A stretch of 55,835 nt of DNA from Promethearchaeia archaeon (GCA_046483985.1 JAWOCD010000034.1:1-55835), one strand, 5' to 3'. Shown: positions 38,891 through 50,525, counted from the first letter of the stretch. The notes: generated from the letters alone by a model not told the origin. Numbers and translations are program-made.

Positions 38891-40975
38891 TTAATTCTTG
38901 GTATAATTGCGGCTTATGTCGTTGAAATTCAATTCTAAGCTCTGGTTTTCGAATTCTATTAGAGTCGTGTTTGTAGCAAATTCTTGATGACAATACTCAT
39001 TATCGAATCGAGGATAATCCTCCAAATTTACATGGTTTCCATTTACTTCGAATCCTCCATCCCATCCAACGTTAGCTTTTCCTTGTGAGGGAGAGTGATA
39101 TTCTACATCATATCCGATACTTAATGGATCTATATTTATTTTTGATTTCAATATTTGATTGATAAAATCGTTAAAAGAATCATATTCCTTTTTACTTCCT
39201 AATTCAACAATCCACGCATTCTTTCGGCTGTTGACTCTCAATTCTGAATCAGACTCCCAATTAGTTGGTTTATAAGAAAAGAGTGCCACATACCCCCCAT
39301 TTTTCTCTCCGAAGGTCCAACCGTCTTGTTGTTTTACCGTATCAAATGCATTCCGCGGAAAATATGCATGTTGGTAAAAGGTACCGCCTAACGCAAGATT
39401 CAAGGCGAATATAGCGATTTCCCCCTCGAGCGGAGCAGATTCACGATCATATTGAATTATTCCTATGTTTTCATGGAAAGTTGCACGGGGCATAAATCCT
39501 CCCATATATAATTGATCGAGATCCTTTACATACCCGCCAGGCGAGGAAGTAAAAACGTAAGCATTTGAATCAAGGGTTGCTTGCCAAATATGTTCTTGTG
39601 CGCTGTTCAATCCTTTTTGATGATCTTGGGCTCCAGATAATTGAAAGTAAGGTGTCCTATAAGTATAACAATTTGCTGTTTCCAAGGTTACACCTCTGAA
39701 TATCATACTGAGCGTTTCTGCGTATTTGCTAATGGACATTCCATGTAAAAAGGCGGAGTATTTCAAGCCGTCAAACAGTATTTGAGGTCCCGATACGGTC
39801 ATAGGGTTTCTTTTATAATTTTTAATATGGTTATACGTTGTTTCTATCACCCTTGACTCCATATGTGCTTGCATACCATACCAGAATTCCAAATCTTCCT
39901 CATTATATTCAATTCCATATTTTTCACCGTCGTCTATATTAATACTGTGTCGTTCCTTGCTTTCGTGATTCTGGATTGCATCTTCATAAATATCATCTAT
40001 AATGGGAGGTGGGGCATAATGTTCGCTTGTTGCTAACGCGACCGCTGCCATATTACTACTATCACAAGGATTATGTTCCCCTTCGATTCCGAGCATAATC
40101 CAAGCAGCCTCTGAAACACTATCATGCCCTCCCTTAACCCGTGACCCATCGTAACAACGTCCCATAGTGGTCGCATATATATCTCTATAATAATTATTTG
40201 CAAAATCAAATGCTATAATATCTAAAATCATTGCCGCTTTTCGGGCAATTTCCTCATCCATAGCAAAATCAACGAGATTTACCAATGCTGATATATCCTC
40301 AACATAATAGGTATTTGAATGCCATTCCGAAAATCCAAATTGTCCTCTCCAGTTGAGCCAACGCTTAATTAACGGTTTTGCATGTTTAACATGTTCTTTT
40401 CCCGTTAAACCAGAATTAACAAAAGTAGTGTTGGGAAATAATTGGCCAGCAAGATATTCCGCGGTATGATAGAGAATTTGATGGTTTTCAGTCGTAAAAA
40501 TTGCGTTGTCCTCGCCTGGATAGGTATACCAATATTTTGCATTACCTAACGCATCGCATATCTTATCTTTCGCTTCTTGCCTCAGTACATTAGTTTTGAG
40601 GTTAAGATAGAGCATGCGAATCAGACCGTTCATTATAAAATCACAACAATCTTTATGTGCATATACACCCTCTAAATTATTTAGAATGGAGTCCTCGTTA
40701 ATCTCTTTATCTGCAAAAACGCGAGCGGATTGAGCATAAAATCCATCACTGTATTTACTGGTATTTAAATAAATGCTCTGCCGTTCTTTATATTCTAAAG
40801 ATGCATTAAAATTATCAATATCAAACAAATTAAATGTTCTATTAACAACCTCCGTTTTCATTGAATAATTCCATTGAGTATGGATTTTAAGGGAGTTAAC
40901 ATTCCCAACAATAAATGGGACCATAAAAATGATAAGAGATAAAAACAAAACGTGTGAGAACTTTTTCAACTTCAT
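38891..40975 (-). CDS. Secreted hypothetical protein
   Basis: 694 aa with an N-terminal signal/anchor; TENHQIL and FSEWHS motifs; no function recognised. Confidence 0.8.
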   Translation of the reverse strand: MKLKKFSHVLFLSLIIFMVPFIVGNVNSLKIHTQWNYSMKTEVVNRTFNLFDIDNFNASLEYKERQSIYLNTSKYSDGFYAQSARVFADKEINEDSILNNLEGVYAHKDCCDFIMNGLIRMLYLNLKTNVLRQEAKDKICDALGNAKYWYTYPGEDNAIFTTENHQILYHTAEYLAGQLFPNTTFVNSGLTGKEHVKHAKPLIKRWLNWRGQFGFSEWHSNTYYVEDISALVNLVDFAMDEEIARKAAMILDIIAFDFANNYYRDIYATTMGRCYDGSRVKGGHDSVSEAAWIMLGIEGEHNPCDSSNMAAVALATSEHYAPPPIIDDIYEDAIQNHESKERHSINIDDGEKYGIEYNEEDLEFWYGMQAHMESRVIETTYNHIKNYKRNPMTVSGPQILFDGLKYSAFLHGMSISKYAETLSMIFRGVTLETANCYTYRTPYFQLSGAQDHQKGLNSAQEHIWQATLDSNAYVFTSSPGGYVKDLDQLYMGGFMPRATFHENIGIIQYDRESAPLEGEIAIFALNLALGGTFYQHAYFPRNAFDTVKQQDGWTFGEKNGGYVALFSYKPTNWESDSELRVNSRKNAWIVELGSKKEYDSFNDFINQILKSKINIDPLSIGYDVEYHSPSQGKANVGWDGGFEVNGNHVNLEDYPRFDNEYCHQEFATNTTLIEFENQSLELNFNDISRNYTKN

Positions 40976-41353
40976 ATTGAAATGGAATTTTAACTTTTAT
41001 TTTAATGAAAATTTAGACAAAACAATGAAAAATTTATGATCTTAAATTTTTAGTGACCGTGTTTTTTAAAATTATTGAAGTTAAAAAAGTTTCTGTAAAA
41101 TTGATTAAAATCCTCTTTTTCTACGATCTAAGAGATAATTACCGAATTCATACTAAAGTGAATTAGAATTTATTGTAATTTACTTGGACTTAATTCTAAG
41201 AATATAAATCAGAGAATAACCAAGAAACCTTTCTAAATTGTTTTAATCTCTTTTTTTCTTATCTCTTTTTTTACCTCCCATAAATCGTATAGGGGAAATT
41301 ATAGGCTTCCAAAAGCTTTATTGCTTTATCTGTTTTTTTGATTATAATACTTT

Positions 41354-43153
41354 CTAGAGATCGTAAAAGAATAAGATTAATGGAATTGTAGCGACAACAG
41401 TTATTATCTGTATGAAAATCCCTAAACGCCAATAATCAGTAAATTTGTAACCTCCAGGTCCCATTACTAAAACGTTTGATTGATGACCTATTGGGGTTAA
41501 AAAGGCAGCTGATCCACCAATGATAATCGCAATCAAAAAAGGATCAATAGAGACACCTAAAGATTGTGCAAGATTGATAGCTATAGGAGTAATTAAAATT
41601 ACAGCAGCGACATTATTTACTACATTGGATAAGATCATTACTACGATCATCATGATTAATAGTGCGATTATTGGTGTAATTAGAAATTCGGTTCCTAACA
41701 AAGCTGAAGCGATTAATTCCGCCCCTCCACTCTCTTTAAGTGATAACCCTACCGGAATCATCGCACCTAATAAAATAACGACTGGCCAATTAACGCTTTT
41801 ATATGCTTCTTGTAAAGATATTATATTAAAAAGAACCATGGCTACGGCCGCTAATGAGAAAGCAATGTGTACTTGTAAGATATTTAATGCTGTTAAAATC
41901 AAAGCAGTACCAAAAATTATTAATGCAAGATACATCTGACGTGGTTTTCCGAGCCTAATCTCTCTCTTGGCTAAAGGCAGTAACCCCAAAGTTGAAAGTT
42001 TACTCTCTAATGTATCTGATGGCGCCTGCAACATTAACACATCTCCAACTCTAAGTTGCACTCTACTTAATCGTGTAACAGATCTACTTTCTTGATGGGC
42101 TATGGCGAGAACATTTACTCTGAATCTATTACGTAAATCTAGATAGCCTAATGTTTTTCTGTCCATCATGGAATTAGGTGCTATTACAGCTTCTACAACA
42201 CTTATATTATCTGAATCCAAGCCCTTCTCCTTTACCTTTTTTTTTTCCATCAGATCAAGTCCAGAATCTTCAACTAACAAATTTAGATCTTCTTGATTAC
42301 CTTTGCAAATTAAAACGTCACCAGCCTTTAAAGTTATTAAATGTGATGGAAGAGGGATCCGTTGATTATTACGGATAAGAGTTATTATTGAGATTTCTGT
42401 TTCTTTTAAATTTCCTAAATTGTAAATTCGTTTTCCAACACTTTTACTTTCTTCGGTAACGTATAACTCTGTAAGATATTCTTTTATTTGAGATAAGGCA
42501 CTATCTAAGCTTTGCGATGTTCTTAATGGGATAATACGCCATCCAATTAGGGTTATAAAGAGGATAGAACTTAGGGCTACTATTATACCAATTGGTGCGA
42601 ATTCAAACATTGAAAAAGGTCCAATTCCAGCATTCACTCGAAAGGATGAAACAATAAGATTTGTTGGCGTGCCAATTAACGTGATCCACCCTCCGAATTG
42701 AGAGGCAAATGCAATAGGCATAAGAAATAAGGATGGAGATTTGTCACTATCTTTCGCTATTTTGATCGCAACGGGCATTAAAAGTGCTAACGCCCCCACA
42801 TTATTCATGAAAGCTGAAAGAATGGTTACCATAAATGTAAGAACCGCGATTTGAGATATAGTACGGTTTCCCACTTTAGAGATCCATTTCGAAATGAAAT
42901 CCACAAAACCAGAATTGATTAATCCTTTTGTTATAACCAATATGGCTACTACGGTGATTACTGCTGAATTAGCAAAACCTAGAAACGCATCTTCGGGGGG
43001 AATGATCCCCGATATTGTAATAGCAAATAGGGCCATAAGCGCAACTATATCATAACGCCAACGTCCCCATATAAAAAATATAAATGAAACAATCAGAACG
43101 AATAAAACTATTATAATATTAAGCAGATGAATCACATTGCAATTTTTAATCAA
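41354..43153 (-). CDS. SLC13/DASS permease with TrkA-C domains
   Basis: SAFMNN, LIGTPTN, two TrkA-C domains, TPIGHQSN..V.GPG.Y.F.DY. Confidence 0.9.
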   Translation of the reverse strand: MIKNCNVIHLLNIIIVLFVLIVSFIFFIWGRWRYDIVALMALFAITISGIIPPEDAFLGFANSAVITVVAILVITKGLINSGFVDFISKWISKVGNRTISQIAVLTFMVTILSAFMNNVGALALLMPVAIKIAKDSDKSPSLFLMPIAFASQFGGWITLIGTPTNLIVSSFRVNAGIGPFSMFEFAPIGIIVALSSILFITLIGWRIIPLRTSQSLDSALSQIKEYLTELYVTEESKSVGKRIYNLGNLKETEISIITLIRNNQRIPLPSHLITLKAGDVLICKGNQEDLNLLVEDSGLDLMEKKKVKEKGLDSDNISVVEAVIAPNSMMDRKTLGYLDLRNRFRVNVLAIAHQESRSVTRLSRVQLRVGDVLMLQAPSDTLESKLSTLGLLPLAKREIRLGKPRQMYLALIIFGTALILTALNILQVHIAFSLAAVAMVLFNIISLQEAYKSVNWPVVILLGAMIPVGLSLKESGGAELIASALLGTEFLITPIIALLIMMIVVMILSNVVNNVAAVILITPIAINLAQSLGVSIDPFLIAIIIGGSAAFLTPIGHQSNVLVMGPGGYKFTDYWRLGIFIQIITVVATIPLILFFYDL

Positions 43154-43567
43154 TATACAAAAAGTTGATAATTATATAAATGAATGCTCAATTAAAAAAG
43201 ATAATAATTTAAAAAACCTACTCTGAATACCTAATGATTTAAGAAATACTAATTTGGCGAAAAGATGTAGAACAAAAGGAAACTAAACCAGAATATGATA
43301 TGGTTAGAGATCCACCTTTTGCTGCGTTTAAATTATAAACACTCCCTTGCAATCATAAATGTAAATCAATTCGTAGAACCGAATCATCCCCAATATCTTG
43401 CTTAATACATTTTGGTCCGCAAAAAAAATATGAGATTCTTTTTCTCTTATTATAATTTTATATTTTTTTAGGATTAGTTTTAAAAAGAAATCTTGATTTT
43501 TTTTAAATAGAGTTTTAAAAAGAAATAAATTTAACAAAATATTCAATAAAAGTAAGAGTGTAAAGAT

Positions 43568-43777
43568 ATGAATTTACTTGAAGCCGAAGAAGGAACTTAT
43601 GAAATTAAGGAAGTTACCGCTGGTTTTTTGGGAAAAAGAAAACTTGATGACAAGGGGGTTCGGGAAGGAGCGAAAATTAAGAAGATCACAGAAGTTGGAG
43701 ATGCTGTAAAAATCCAGAATGAGTCTGGAGATGAAGTCTGGATTGGAAGCGATGATATAGAGGAAATTATAATTTAA
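43568..43777 (+). CDS. FeoA-like small protein
   Basis: RKLDDKGVREGAKIK; FeoA-like size and pattern. Confidence 0.6.
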   Translation: MNLLEAEEGTYEIKEVTAGFLGKRKLDDKGVREGAKIKKITEVGDAVKIQNESGDEVWIGSDDIEEIII

Positions 43778-43894
43778 TAAAATAATTTTTCTTCTCATTT
43801 TATACATTATTATTATTTATTTAGATTCTAATATGCTTTTTAATTAAGTGCCTGACGGTTTGTGAAAAATTGGGATATTCCATAAAGAAACTAC

Positions 43895-44133
43895 AACTTT
43901 TACATCCTTTTTAAGATTAAAGTGGGTATACCATTCCCCTACCCTCTTTCTCATCTCCACGGTCTTAATCACATATTCCCCATTAAAGATTGTTCAATCA
44001 GTTCACTTCTCTCGCCGAACACTATGGGGAAAGCTGTCCTTCCTCCACTTCCTGACAAGCTTAGATGAAGCCAATACAAGGTAAGTTCTTTATCGACCTT
44101 GCTGAACTTAAAGGAACGCCCATCGAACCGCAT
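43895..44133 (-). pseudogene. tnpB: Internal TnpB-like fragment
   Basis: MRFDGRSFKF...WLHLSL....RTAFPIVFG, frameshift, EYVIKTVEMRKRVGEWYTHFNLKKDV. Confidence 0.6.
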
Positions 44134-44452
44134 ACAGAATGGTACTTAAATTTAATAAGAATAATTAGGTCATCTTAATGAGTGAAACAAAAGTTAAGCC
44201 AGATTATATGTCTGAGGAAGAAATATACAAGAGAATCGGAAAGGTCTTATGGGGGAAAGATTTTTGGATCTTTATTCAATAAGATATTACCGCCCAATAA
44301 ACTTATTCTTTTGCCTTATTAATTTATCCTTCGATGTAATTTTCCTTTTTTTCAAGAGAAAATCCATTGAGTATTCAGTACAGATGTTGGTAATTAAGAT
44401 GGAAAGCTTAAAAAAAAATAAAGGGAAGGTAAAGTAAAGAAAAAGAGAGATC

Positions 44453-45370
44453 TTATTGACTGGCCGCTGCATAATGCTCAAATATCAATTCATAAACTTC
44501 TTTAGCGAATTTGGGTTGATTATCAAAGATCTGCCTGGCGTTAAAGGTCAATATCCTGAACCTTACCACAATATTCGAATTCACATCAGATATATGATAT
44601 TGCGGTTTAAATCCGAAATATTCTGTGTATTTATTGCAAATTTGCTCAACTTTGCTTATTAACCTATGAAATTCTTGATAGGGGAAATCCATTCGAAATA
44701 TATAATTATGTATTTTTTGTTGTTTATGCTTTCCAGAATTGAAGACCTTCCTCAATTTAGCTTTGCCCTTATTTTTTAAATTCTTTATTTCCATTCTCGA
44801 TGGTGAAATTAAATCGTCAGTATAATGTAATTCTTTTTTGAATTCAACGAATGTTTTAATATTAGCGAGATCAATTGTGTAGTTGAGAATTGAAGAGGAG
44901 ATAACATCAGCATTTGCTTTTTCCACGATAATGTTATCAAAAGTTTCAATAACCGTTGTAGTTAATTTAATAGATCTTACCAGTCCGATTTCACCATCTA
45001 TCTTTATGATATCTCCTATTTCAAAGGGTTTCAGGGAAAATAAGACTATGCCTGAAATTAAATTAGAAAAAATGCCACTTGAAGCAAAAGCAAAAGCTGT
45101 GCTTAAAGAGCCTGTAAAGACGGCAATCTCAGCAGGATATTGCTTAGTAATCGCTTTCATAAACGGAAATCCCTCAAATAGGAGATATATTAACACCCCT
45201 GCGGTTATCAAACGAAGTGAGATGGACGCAATAATTTTCTTCTTCTTGCTTAGTTTCTTATTCTTTTTAAAAATGAAAGACACGACTCTATTTACGATTA
45301 ATAAAATTATCCCTATTCCGATAACATATATTAAAGCCTCAAAATCAGAACTGAATAATTGATTAAGCAT
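44453..45370 (-). CDS. MscS mechanosensitive channel
   Basis: SNLISGIVL...PFEIGDIIKIDGEIG. Confidence 0.85.
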   Translation of the reverse strand: MLNQLFSSDFEALIYVIGIGIILLIVNRVVSFIFKKNKKLSKKKKIIASISLRLITAGVLIYLLFEGFPFMKAITKQYPAEIAVFTGSLSTAFAFASSGIFSNLISGIVLFSLKPFEIGDIIKIDGEIGLVRSIKLTTTVIETFDNIIVEKANADVISSSILNYTIDLANIKTFVEFKKELHYTDDLISPSRMEIKNLKNKGKAKLRKVFNSGKHKQQKIHNYIFRMDFPYQEFHRLISKVEQICNKYTEYFGFKPQYHISDVNSNIVVRFRILTFNARQIFDNQPKFAKEVYELIFEHYAAASQ

Positions 45371-45373
45371 TTT

Positions 45374-46339
45374 TTATTTCACCTCCTCTTCGGTGGCGGG
45401 ACGATCAGGGGATTTTTTCTCCCCCTTGTAATATATCTTTTCTTCGTAAAGTCCATAGGTAACATCTCTTAAAAACGAATTTATGTAATGGGGAATTATC
45501 TGTGGTTTTTTACTGAGTATTTGTATTGTTATACTGCAACGACTTAGAGTTGTATTATTTACATAATAAAATGGTCGTATTCCAAATATTTTCTCATACT
45601 TGGCAAAAATCTGTGACAACTTTTCGTCAATTGATTGTGGATCTTTATCTGAGAGCAATTCAATTTTTTTTATATATCTCGTAATTTTTTCCTCTTTGGC
45701 TATGAGATCGGTGATATTTGAAACATATTTTCTGGGAGGGGCATTTTTCTTTTTGCTTGATTCCTTTTGTTGAAAACCAACCTCTAACGCTTCGTTGTGA
45801 GTAAATTTTTTCACTGCAGAATAATAGACTTCCTTATTTGTAATGTACCGGTATAAACCATCTAACCCTTGAATTTTCGTATAATTGAGGGTAATTTCGG
45901 TTACAATCCCTTGAATACCCTTTATTTCGACAAAATCTCCGACCTCGAACGAACCCGAAAATAAGATCAACACTCCAGACGCTATATTATTAATACGATC
46001 TCTAAAGGTTAATGCAATCGCCGCGACTAAAAAGGATATAATTCCCGTTGCGAGGAATGGATTTATAGCAAATAATAACCAAAAGACAAAAACACTCCAT
46101 ATTATATTTATGAGGATTGATAACATGTATTGCACTATTTTTCCCCGAAAGAGATAACTGTTTATCCGAATTAACACTGTTCTAAGGAAATACACGATAA
46201 TATTAATCAATATTAAATCTATGATCACTGATTCTATATCTACATTAAAAATATTCAAAATGGGTTGCATGTTAAGATAAACCCAAATAAAAAATGCCAT
46301 TAAACCGAACCCAATGATTACTTGAATTCCTTTTTTCAT
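45374..46339 (-). CDS. MscS mechanosensitive channel
   Basis: NIASGVLIL...FEVGDFVEIKGIQG. Confidence 0.85.
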   Translation of the reverse strand: MKKGIQVIIGFGLMAFFIWVYLNMQPILNIFNVDIESVIIDLILINIIVYFLRTVLIRINSYLFRGKIVQYMLSILINIIWSVFVFWLLFAINPFLATGIISFLVAAIALTFRDRINNIASGVLILFSGSFEVGDFVEIKGIQGIVTEITLNYTKIQGLDGLYRYITNKEVYYSAVKKFTHNEALEVGFQQKESSKKKNAPPRKYVSNITDLIAKEEKITRYIKKIELLSDKDPQSIDEKLSQIFAKYEKIFGIRPFYYVNNTTLSRCSITIQILSKKPQIIPHYINSFLRDVTYGLYEEKIYYKGEKKSPDRPATEEEVK

Positions 46340-46543
46340 ATCTTTTTAGTAAGAACTTTGATTATTTAAGACTTAAGGTTAAAAATTTAAAGAATAATCT
46401 TAAAAGGAAATCAGATTATCTTAGCCCTTTTTCTTCAATGAGAATTTATACCTTTTAGAGGGAGAAGGATCATTATTTTTAAATGAGTTCCTATGATTGA
46501 AATTGGAAAAATTTTTACTTTTCGTTTTCTTATCTATAATAAA

Positions 46544-46942
46544 ATGGATCTCAGATGTAAAGACTGTGCGAAATGCTGTTATGAAACGGAAATGCTCCTT
46601 TCAGAGCAAGACATTGAAAGGATCCTTCAAAAATTTAGTTCAAAATTTAGTAGAAAGGATTTTGTGATTGAAAATGAAGAGGGTTTGAATCAACTTAAAA
46701 ACGTTGATGGTCATTGCGTTTTTTTAGATTCCACTTCGGATGACGAAAAATGTCATATCTACCATTATCGTCCATGTGGATGTCGATTTTATCCAATGAT
46801 TTTCGATCCATACAAGAGACAATGTGTGTTGGATAGAGATTGCCCTAATGCCAATCAGTTCTACATAGAACGTCAAAATTTCAAAAAAGCTTGTCAAAAA
46901 CTGAAAAAATATCTAACAAAAGAGTTATCTCTGGAATTTTAA
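46544..46942 (+). CDS. YkgJ / CxxCxxCC cysteine-cluster protein (start moved to 46544)
   Basis: CKDCAKCC, CVFLD, CHIY..RPCGCRFYP. Confidence 0.85.
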   Translation: MDLRCKDCAKCCYETEMLLSEQDIERILQKFSSKFSRKDFVIENEEGLNQLKNVDGHCVFLDSTSDDEKCHIYHYRPCGCRFYPMIFDPYKRQCVLDRDCPNANQFYIERQNFKKACQKLKKYLTKELSLEF

Positions 46943-46987
46943 CGATCTGCGAAAGAAACCCCGTCCTTTAGGGCGGGGAGACTTCAA
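46943..46987 (+). mobile_element. 45-bp IS605-derived palindromic mini-element (PATE-like)
   Basis: Follows TTAA (the YkgJ stop); CCCCGTCC-TTTA-GGGCGGGG hairpin; ends TTCAA. Confidence 0.85.
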
Positions 46988-47132
46988 TCAGAATATTAAG
47001 TCTTTATTAAATTTATTTATATGAAATAAAATAATCTAATTAAAAGTAGAATAGACAATGTATTTTTAATGTCTAATCAAAAAATTATGATATATTATAT
47101 TATTTATTCGTAAAGAATTTAGGAAGAGTATA

Positions 47133-49364
47133 ATGACAAAGGAATCATTTTCGCTTATGGATTTGTACCCCAAATATGTGGTTAACACGAAGGGCGAAAA
47201 ACAAGAGTTTAATGAAGATAAAATTGCCGATGTATTAAATAAAGAAACTGGTCTCGATATGAAAATCGCTAAAGAAGTTGCTGCAGATGTCTTACGTAAA
47301 ATTATCGGTCTCGGTTTGGATGAGATCTCCACCAATTATATCCGTGAACTGGTTTGCGTTGAACTCACGCAGCGTGGCCTCAATAAACATCGTAATTTAT
47401 TTGCACGCTCTATCAATTTGGAGAATATAAGTTTTAAACTAGATAAAGAATTTCTTAATCAATATAAGCATAAACAACCCGATTGGGGTCCATTAGGACA
47501 TGTTGCATATAAACGAACATATGCGAGGCTCATAGAAGAGGAAAATAGAAAAGAAGAATTTTGGGAAACTTTACGCAGAGTGGTGGAAGGATGTTTTTCC
47601 ATTCAGAAAGAGCACTGTATTCGGCTTTCTTTACCATGGGATGATAATAAAGCCCAAGAAACTGCTCAAAGGATGTATGAAAAAATTTGGAACTTTAAAA
47701 TGACTCCGCCTGGACGCGGATTATGGATGATGGGTACTGACTTTATTGCTCGACATGGATCAATGGCCCTAAACAACTGTGGATTTGCATCCACCGAAGA
47801 TATTGATTTAAAATATACCAAAGCGTTTGAATTCGTCATGGACGCTTTAATGTTGGGCGTCGGGGTAGGATTTGATACTAAAGGGGCTGGAAAGATAGAG
47901 ATTAAAAAGCCCCAAGGGGGGAGCTTCAAATTTAAGATCCCCGACAGTCGTGAGGGCTGGGTCGAAGCGTTAAAATTAATGTTAGAAGCCTATTTTCTCG
48001 GAAAGCAGGTACCCGAATTTGATTATTCCCTCATTCGACCCGCTGGAGCACCTATTCGCGGTTTTGGAGGAATTGCTTCAGGACCCGATCCCTTAGAAGA
48101 AATGCTTAACGATGTCCAAGCATTATTGGAGAAACGAATTGGAGATCCTATCAAATCCGTTGATATTGTTGATATCATGAACTATATCGGGAAATGTGTC
48201 GTGGCTGGAAATGTAAGACGAAGTGCAGAGATTGCATTGGGAGAACCAACCGATATGGATTTCGTATTATGTAAACAGGATAAGGAAAAACTTTATTCCC
48301 ATAGATGGGCAAGCAATAACTCCGTATTTGCCAGGAAAGGCTTAGATTATAGTTTTATTGCCAAACAGATTGCCATCAATGGAGAACCTGGAGTATTTTG
48401 GTTGGATAATGCAAGAGCCTATTCACGGATGAAGGATAAGCCCGATTGGAAGGATAAAAAAGCGAAGGGGGTAAATCCTTGCGGAGAGCAAACGCTTGAA
48501 TCATTTGAGCTCTGTTGTTTAGTTGAAACTTTTCCTTCCCGTCACGAATCTTACGAAGAATTTCAAGAAACTCTCAAATACGCCTATTTATATGCTAAGT
48601 CAGTCACCCTAATTAATACTCATTGGCCGGAAACAAATGCCGTGATGTTAAAAAATCGACGAATGGGAGTATCCCAGACTGGAATCATTGAAGCGTTTGT
48701 TAAACATGGTAGGAGAACTATGTTAGAATGGTCAGATAAAGGATATAAATACCTCCAAGAATTAGATGAAAAATACTCGGATTGGCTATGCATCCCGCGT
48801 TCCATAAAACTCACCACGGTCAAACCTAGTGGAACAGTCAGTTTACTTCCAGGTGTCACCTCTGGTATTCATTATCCTCACTCAGAATATTATATCCGCC
48901 GTGTTCGAATTTCTGAAAATTCCGATCTGATTGAAAAGATTAGGGCGGCAGGATATAAGATAGAAGATGATGAGTATTCTAAGAGTTCTATTGTGGTAGA
49001 ATTTCCGATTCATGAAGAAAATTTTGACCGAGCAAAAGATGAAGTGTCAATTTGGGAGCAAGCGGAAAATGCTGCAGCATACCAAAAATACTGGTCAGAT
49101 AATCAAGTTTCTGTTACTATCACCTTTAATGAGGATGAGGCCAACCAGATTGAAAATGTATTAGAATGCTTTGAGGATAAACTGAAAGCGGTAAGTTTCT
49201 TACCAATCAAGGAACATGGATATGAACAAGCGCCGTATGAAGAAATTACAAAGGAAAAATACGAAAAAATGACCGCTGATTTGAAGCCGTTAGACTTGAG
49301 TGAAACAAAAGGAAAAGCACTTGGAGAGAAATATTGCGATTCGGATAGTTGTTCTGTGAGGTAA
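47133..49364 (+). CDS. nrdJ: Class II (B12-dependent) ribonucleotide reductase, RTPR type, with ATP cone
   Basis: PPGRGLW, LNNC, NPCGEQ, TTVKPSGT, C-terminal CDSDSC. Confidence 0.93.
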   Translation: MTKESFSLMDLYPKYVVNTKGEKQEFNEDKIADVLNKETGLDMKIAKEVAADVLRKIIGLGLDEISTNYIRELVCVELTQRGLNKHRNLFARSINLENISFKLDKEFLNQYKHKQPDWGPLGHVAYKRTYARLIEEENRKEEFWETLRRVVEGCFSIQKEHCIRLSLPWDDNKAQETAQRMYEKIWNFKMTPPGRGLWMMGTDFIARHGSMALNNCGFASTEDIDLKYTKAFEFVMDALMLGVGVGFDTKGAGKIEIKKPQGGSFKFKIPDSREGWVEALKLMLEAYFLGKQVPEFDYSLIRPAGAPIRGFGGIASGPDPLEEMLNDVQALLEKRIGDPIKSVDIVDIMNYIGKCVVAGNVRRSAEIALGEPTDMDFVLCKQDKEKLYSHRWASNNSVFARKGLDYSFIAKQIAINGEPGVFWLDNARAYSRMKDKPDWKDKKAKGVNPCGEQTLESFELCCLVETFPSRHESYEEFQETLKYAYLYAKSVTLINTHWPETNAVMLKNRRMGVSQTGIIEAFVKHGRRTMLEWSDKGYKYLQELDEKYSDWLCIPRSIKLTTVKPSGTVSLLPGVTSGIHYPHSEYYIRRVRISENSDLIEKIRAAGYKIEDDEYSKSSIVVEFPIHEENFDRAKDEVSIWEQAENAAAYQKYWSDNQVSVTITFNEDEANQIENVLECFEDKLKAVSFLPIKEHGYEQAPYEEITKEKYEKMTADLKPLDLSETKGKALGEKYCDSDSCSVR

Positions 49365-49550
49365 ACCAATCTTTACCTTTGATTTTTATTTTTATAAAAA
49401 CCTTTTCGGATTGAAAGGACTTCAGCAACCTTATAAGATAAAAAATATATAGTATCAAATCAATTTTAATTTGATATATAGTTAAGTAAATTTAAATTGT
49501 TGATATCTAAAATTTTAAACAAAATCATATAATAAAAGTGTATGTAAATT

Positions 49551-50357
49551 ATGGCTAAGGAGAAAAGTGAGGATGACCAGATATTTAAGGAATTTAAAGT
49601 CAATTTCTGGCGCACTAAACTTCATGGTGAGGAATTAGGACCATATCAAACCGTGAAATACCAATCCAAGACCAATTATTTTTCTAAGTCGTTCGATATT
49701 GAAGGCGTTATTGAAGAAGATGGAGAAAAAAAATACATTATTGCTTTCAATAAGGAGGAATGGGAAGAGAATCCAGAAAATAAAAAGGAGCTTAAACTCA
49801 GGATATTTACTATCATGGAAGAGGGATTAGAGGTCGGAAGCGGGGGAAATTATCACGGAGGATTTGAATTGAGTTTTTCGCATTCCCTTATCCAAAGTTA
49901 CGAGATTAAACACCCTGCAGCAGTATTTTTTGTTCAGCTTCCCCGAAGTAAATATCTAACGAAAATAGTTAAGAGTTATCGATTATTGGGAACCCGATGG
50001 AATTGGCCGCTTATTCCTACTGAAGAGGAAGATCAGCTACAACTCGTCACCGCGAAAGGAAAGATTGGATGGGGGAAAGATTATGATATCCTTATAGGAA
50101 AAAAGAAAATTGCCCATATTGACGGTCAACCGGTTCAAAAAGAGTTTGAAATCGAAATTTACGATGAAGATTATGCAAACGATGTCGATTTCTGTAAATT
50201 GCTTATTCTGTTTGGATGCATCTGTAATTTCATGAAGGATGTTGTAAAAATTGTGAAGAAACGATATAAACAACTGAAGAAATCTGGCATTTCCGAATAT
50301 AAACCGTCCCATAAGGAATTAGACCTGTTCAAAAATCCTCGTATGGTCCGCAAATAA
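49551..50357 (+). CDS. Hypothetical protein
   Basis: 268-aa ORF with typical composition; no family recognised. Confidence 0.75.
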   Translation: MAKEKSEDDQIFKEFKVNFWRTKLHGEELGPYQTVKYQSKTNYFSKSFDIEGVIEEDGEKKYIIAFNKEEWEENPENKKELKLRIFTIMEEGLEVGSGGNYHGGFELSFSHSLIQSYEIKHPAAVFFVQLPRSKYLTKIVKSYRLLGTRWNWPLIPTEEEDQLQLVTAKGKIGWGKDYDILIGKKKIAHIDGQPVQKEFEIEIYDEDYANDVDFCKLLILFGCICNFMKDVVKIVKKRYKQLKKSGISEYKPSHKELDLFKNPRMVRK

Positions 50358-50525
50358 ATAAACCTTTTTTTAATTTTAATTTATGTTTTTTTTATTTTAA
50401 CTTAAAGCGAAATTTTATTTCTAAAGAACTTGTTTTATTGGAAACAATCTATGTAAATTGAAAGGACAATACCTATCGAAATGATATAAGGAGATTTAAA
50501 AATTGAAGAATTTCATTGATATTAA

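Noticed and set aside
44178-44282. 34-aa ORF MSETKVKPDYMSEEEIYKRIGKVLWGKDFWIFIQ
   Set aside because: Could be a gene stub, but there is no recognisable family or supporting context
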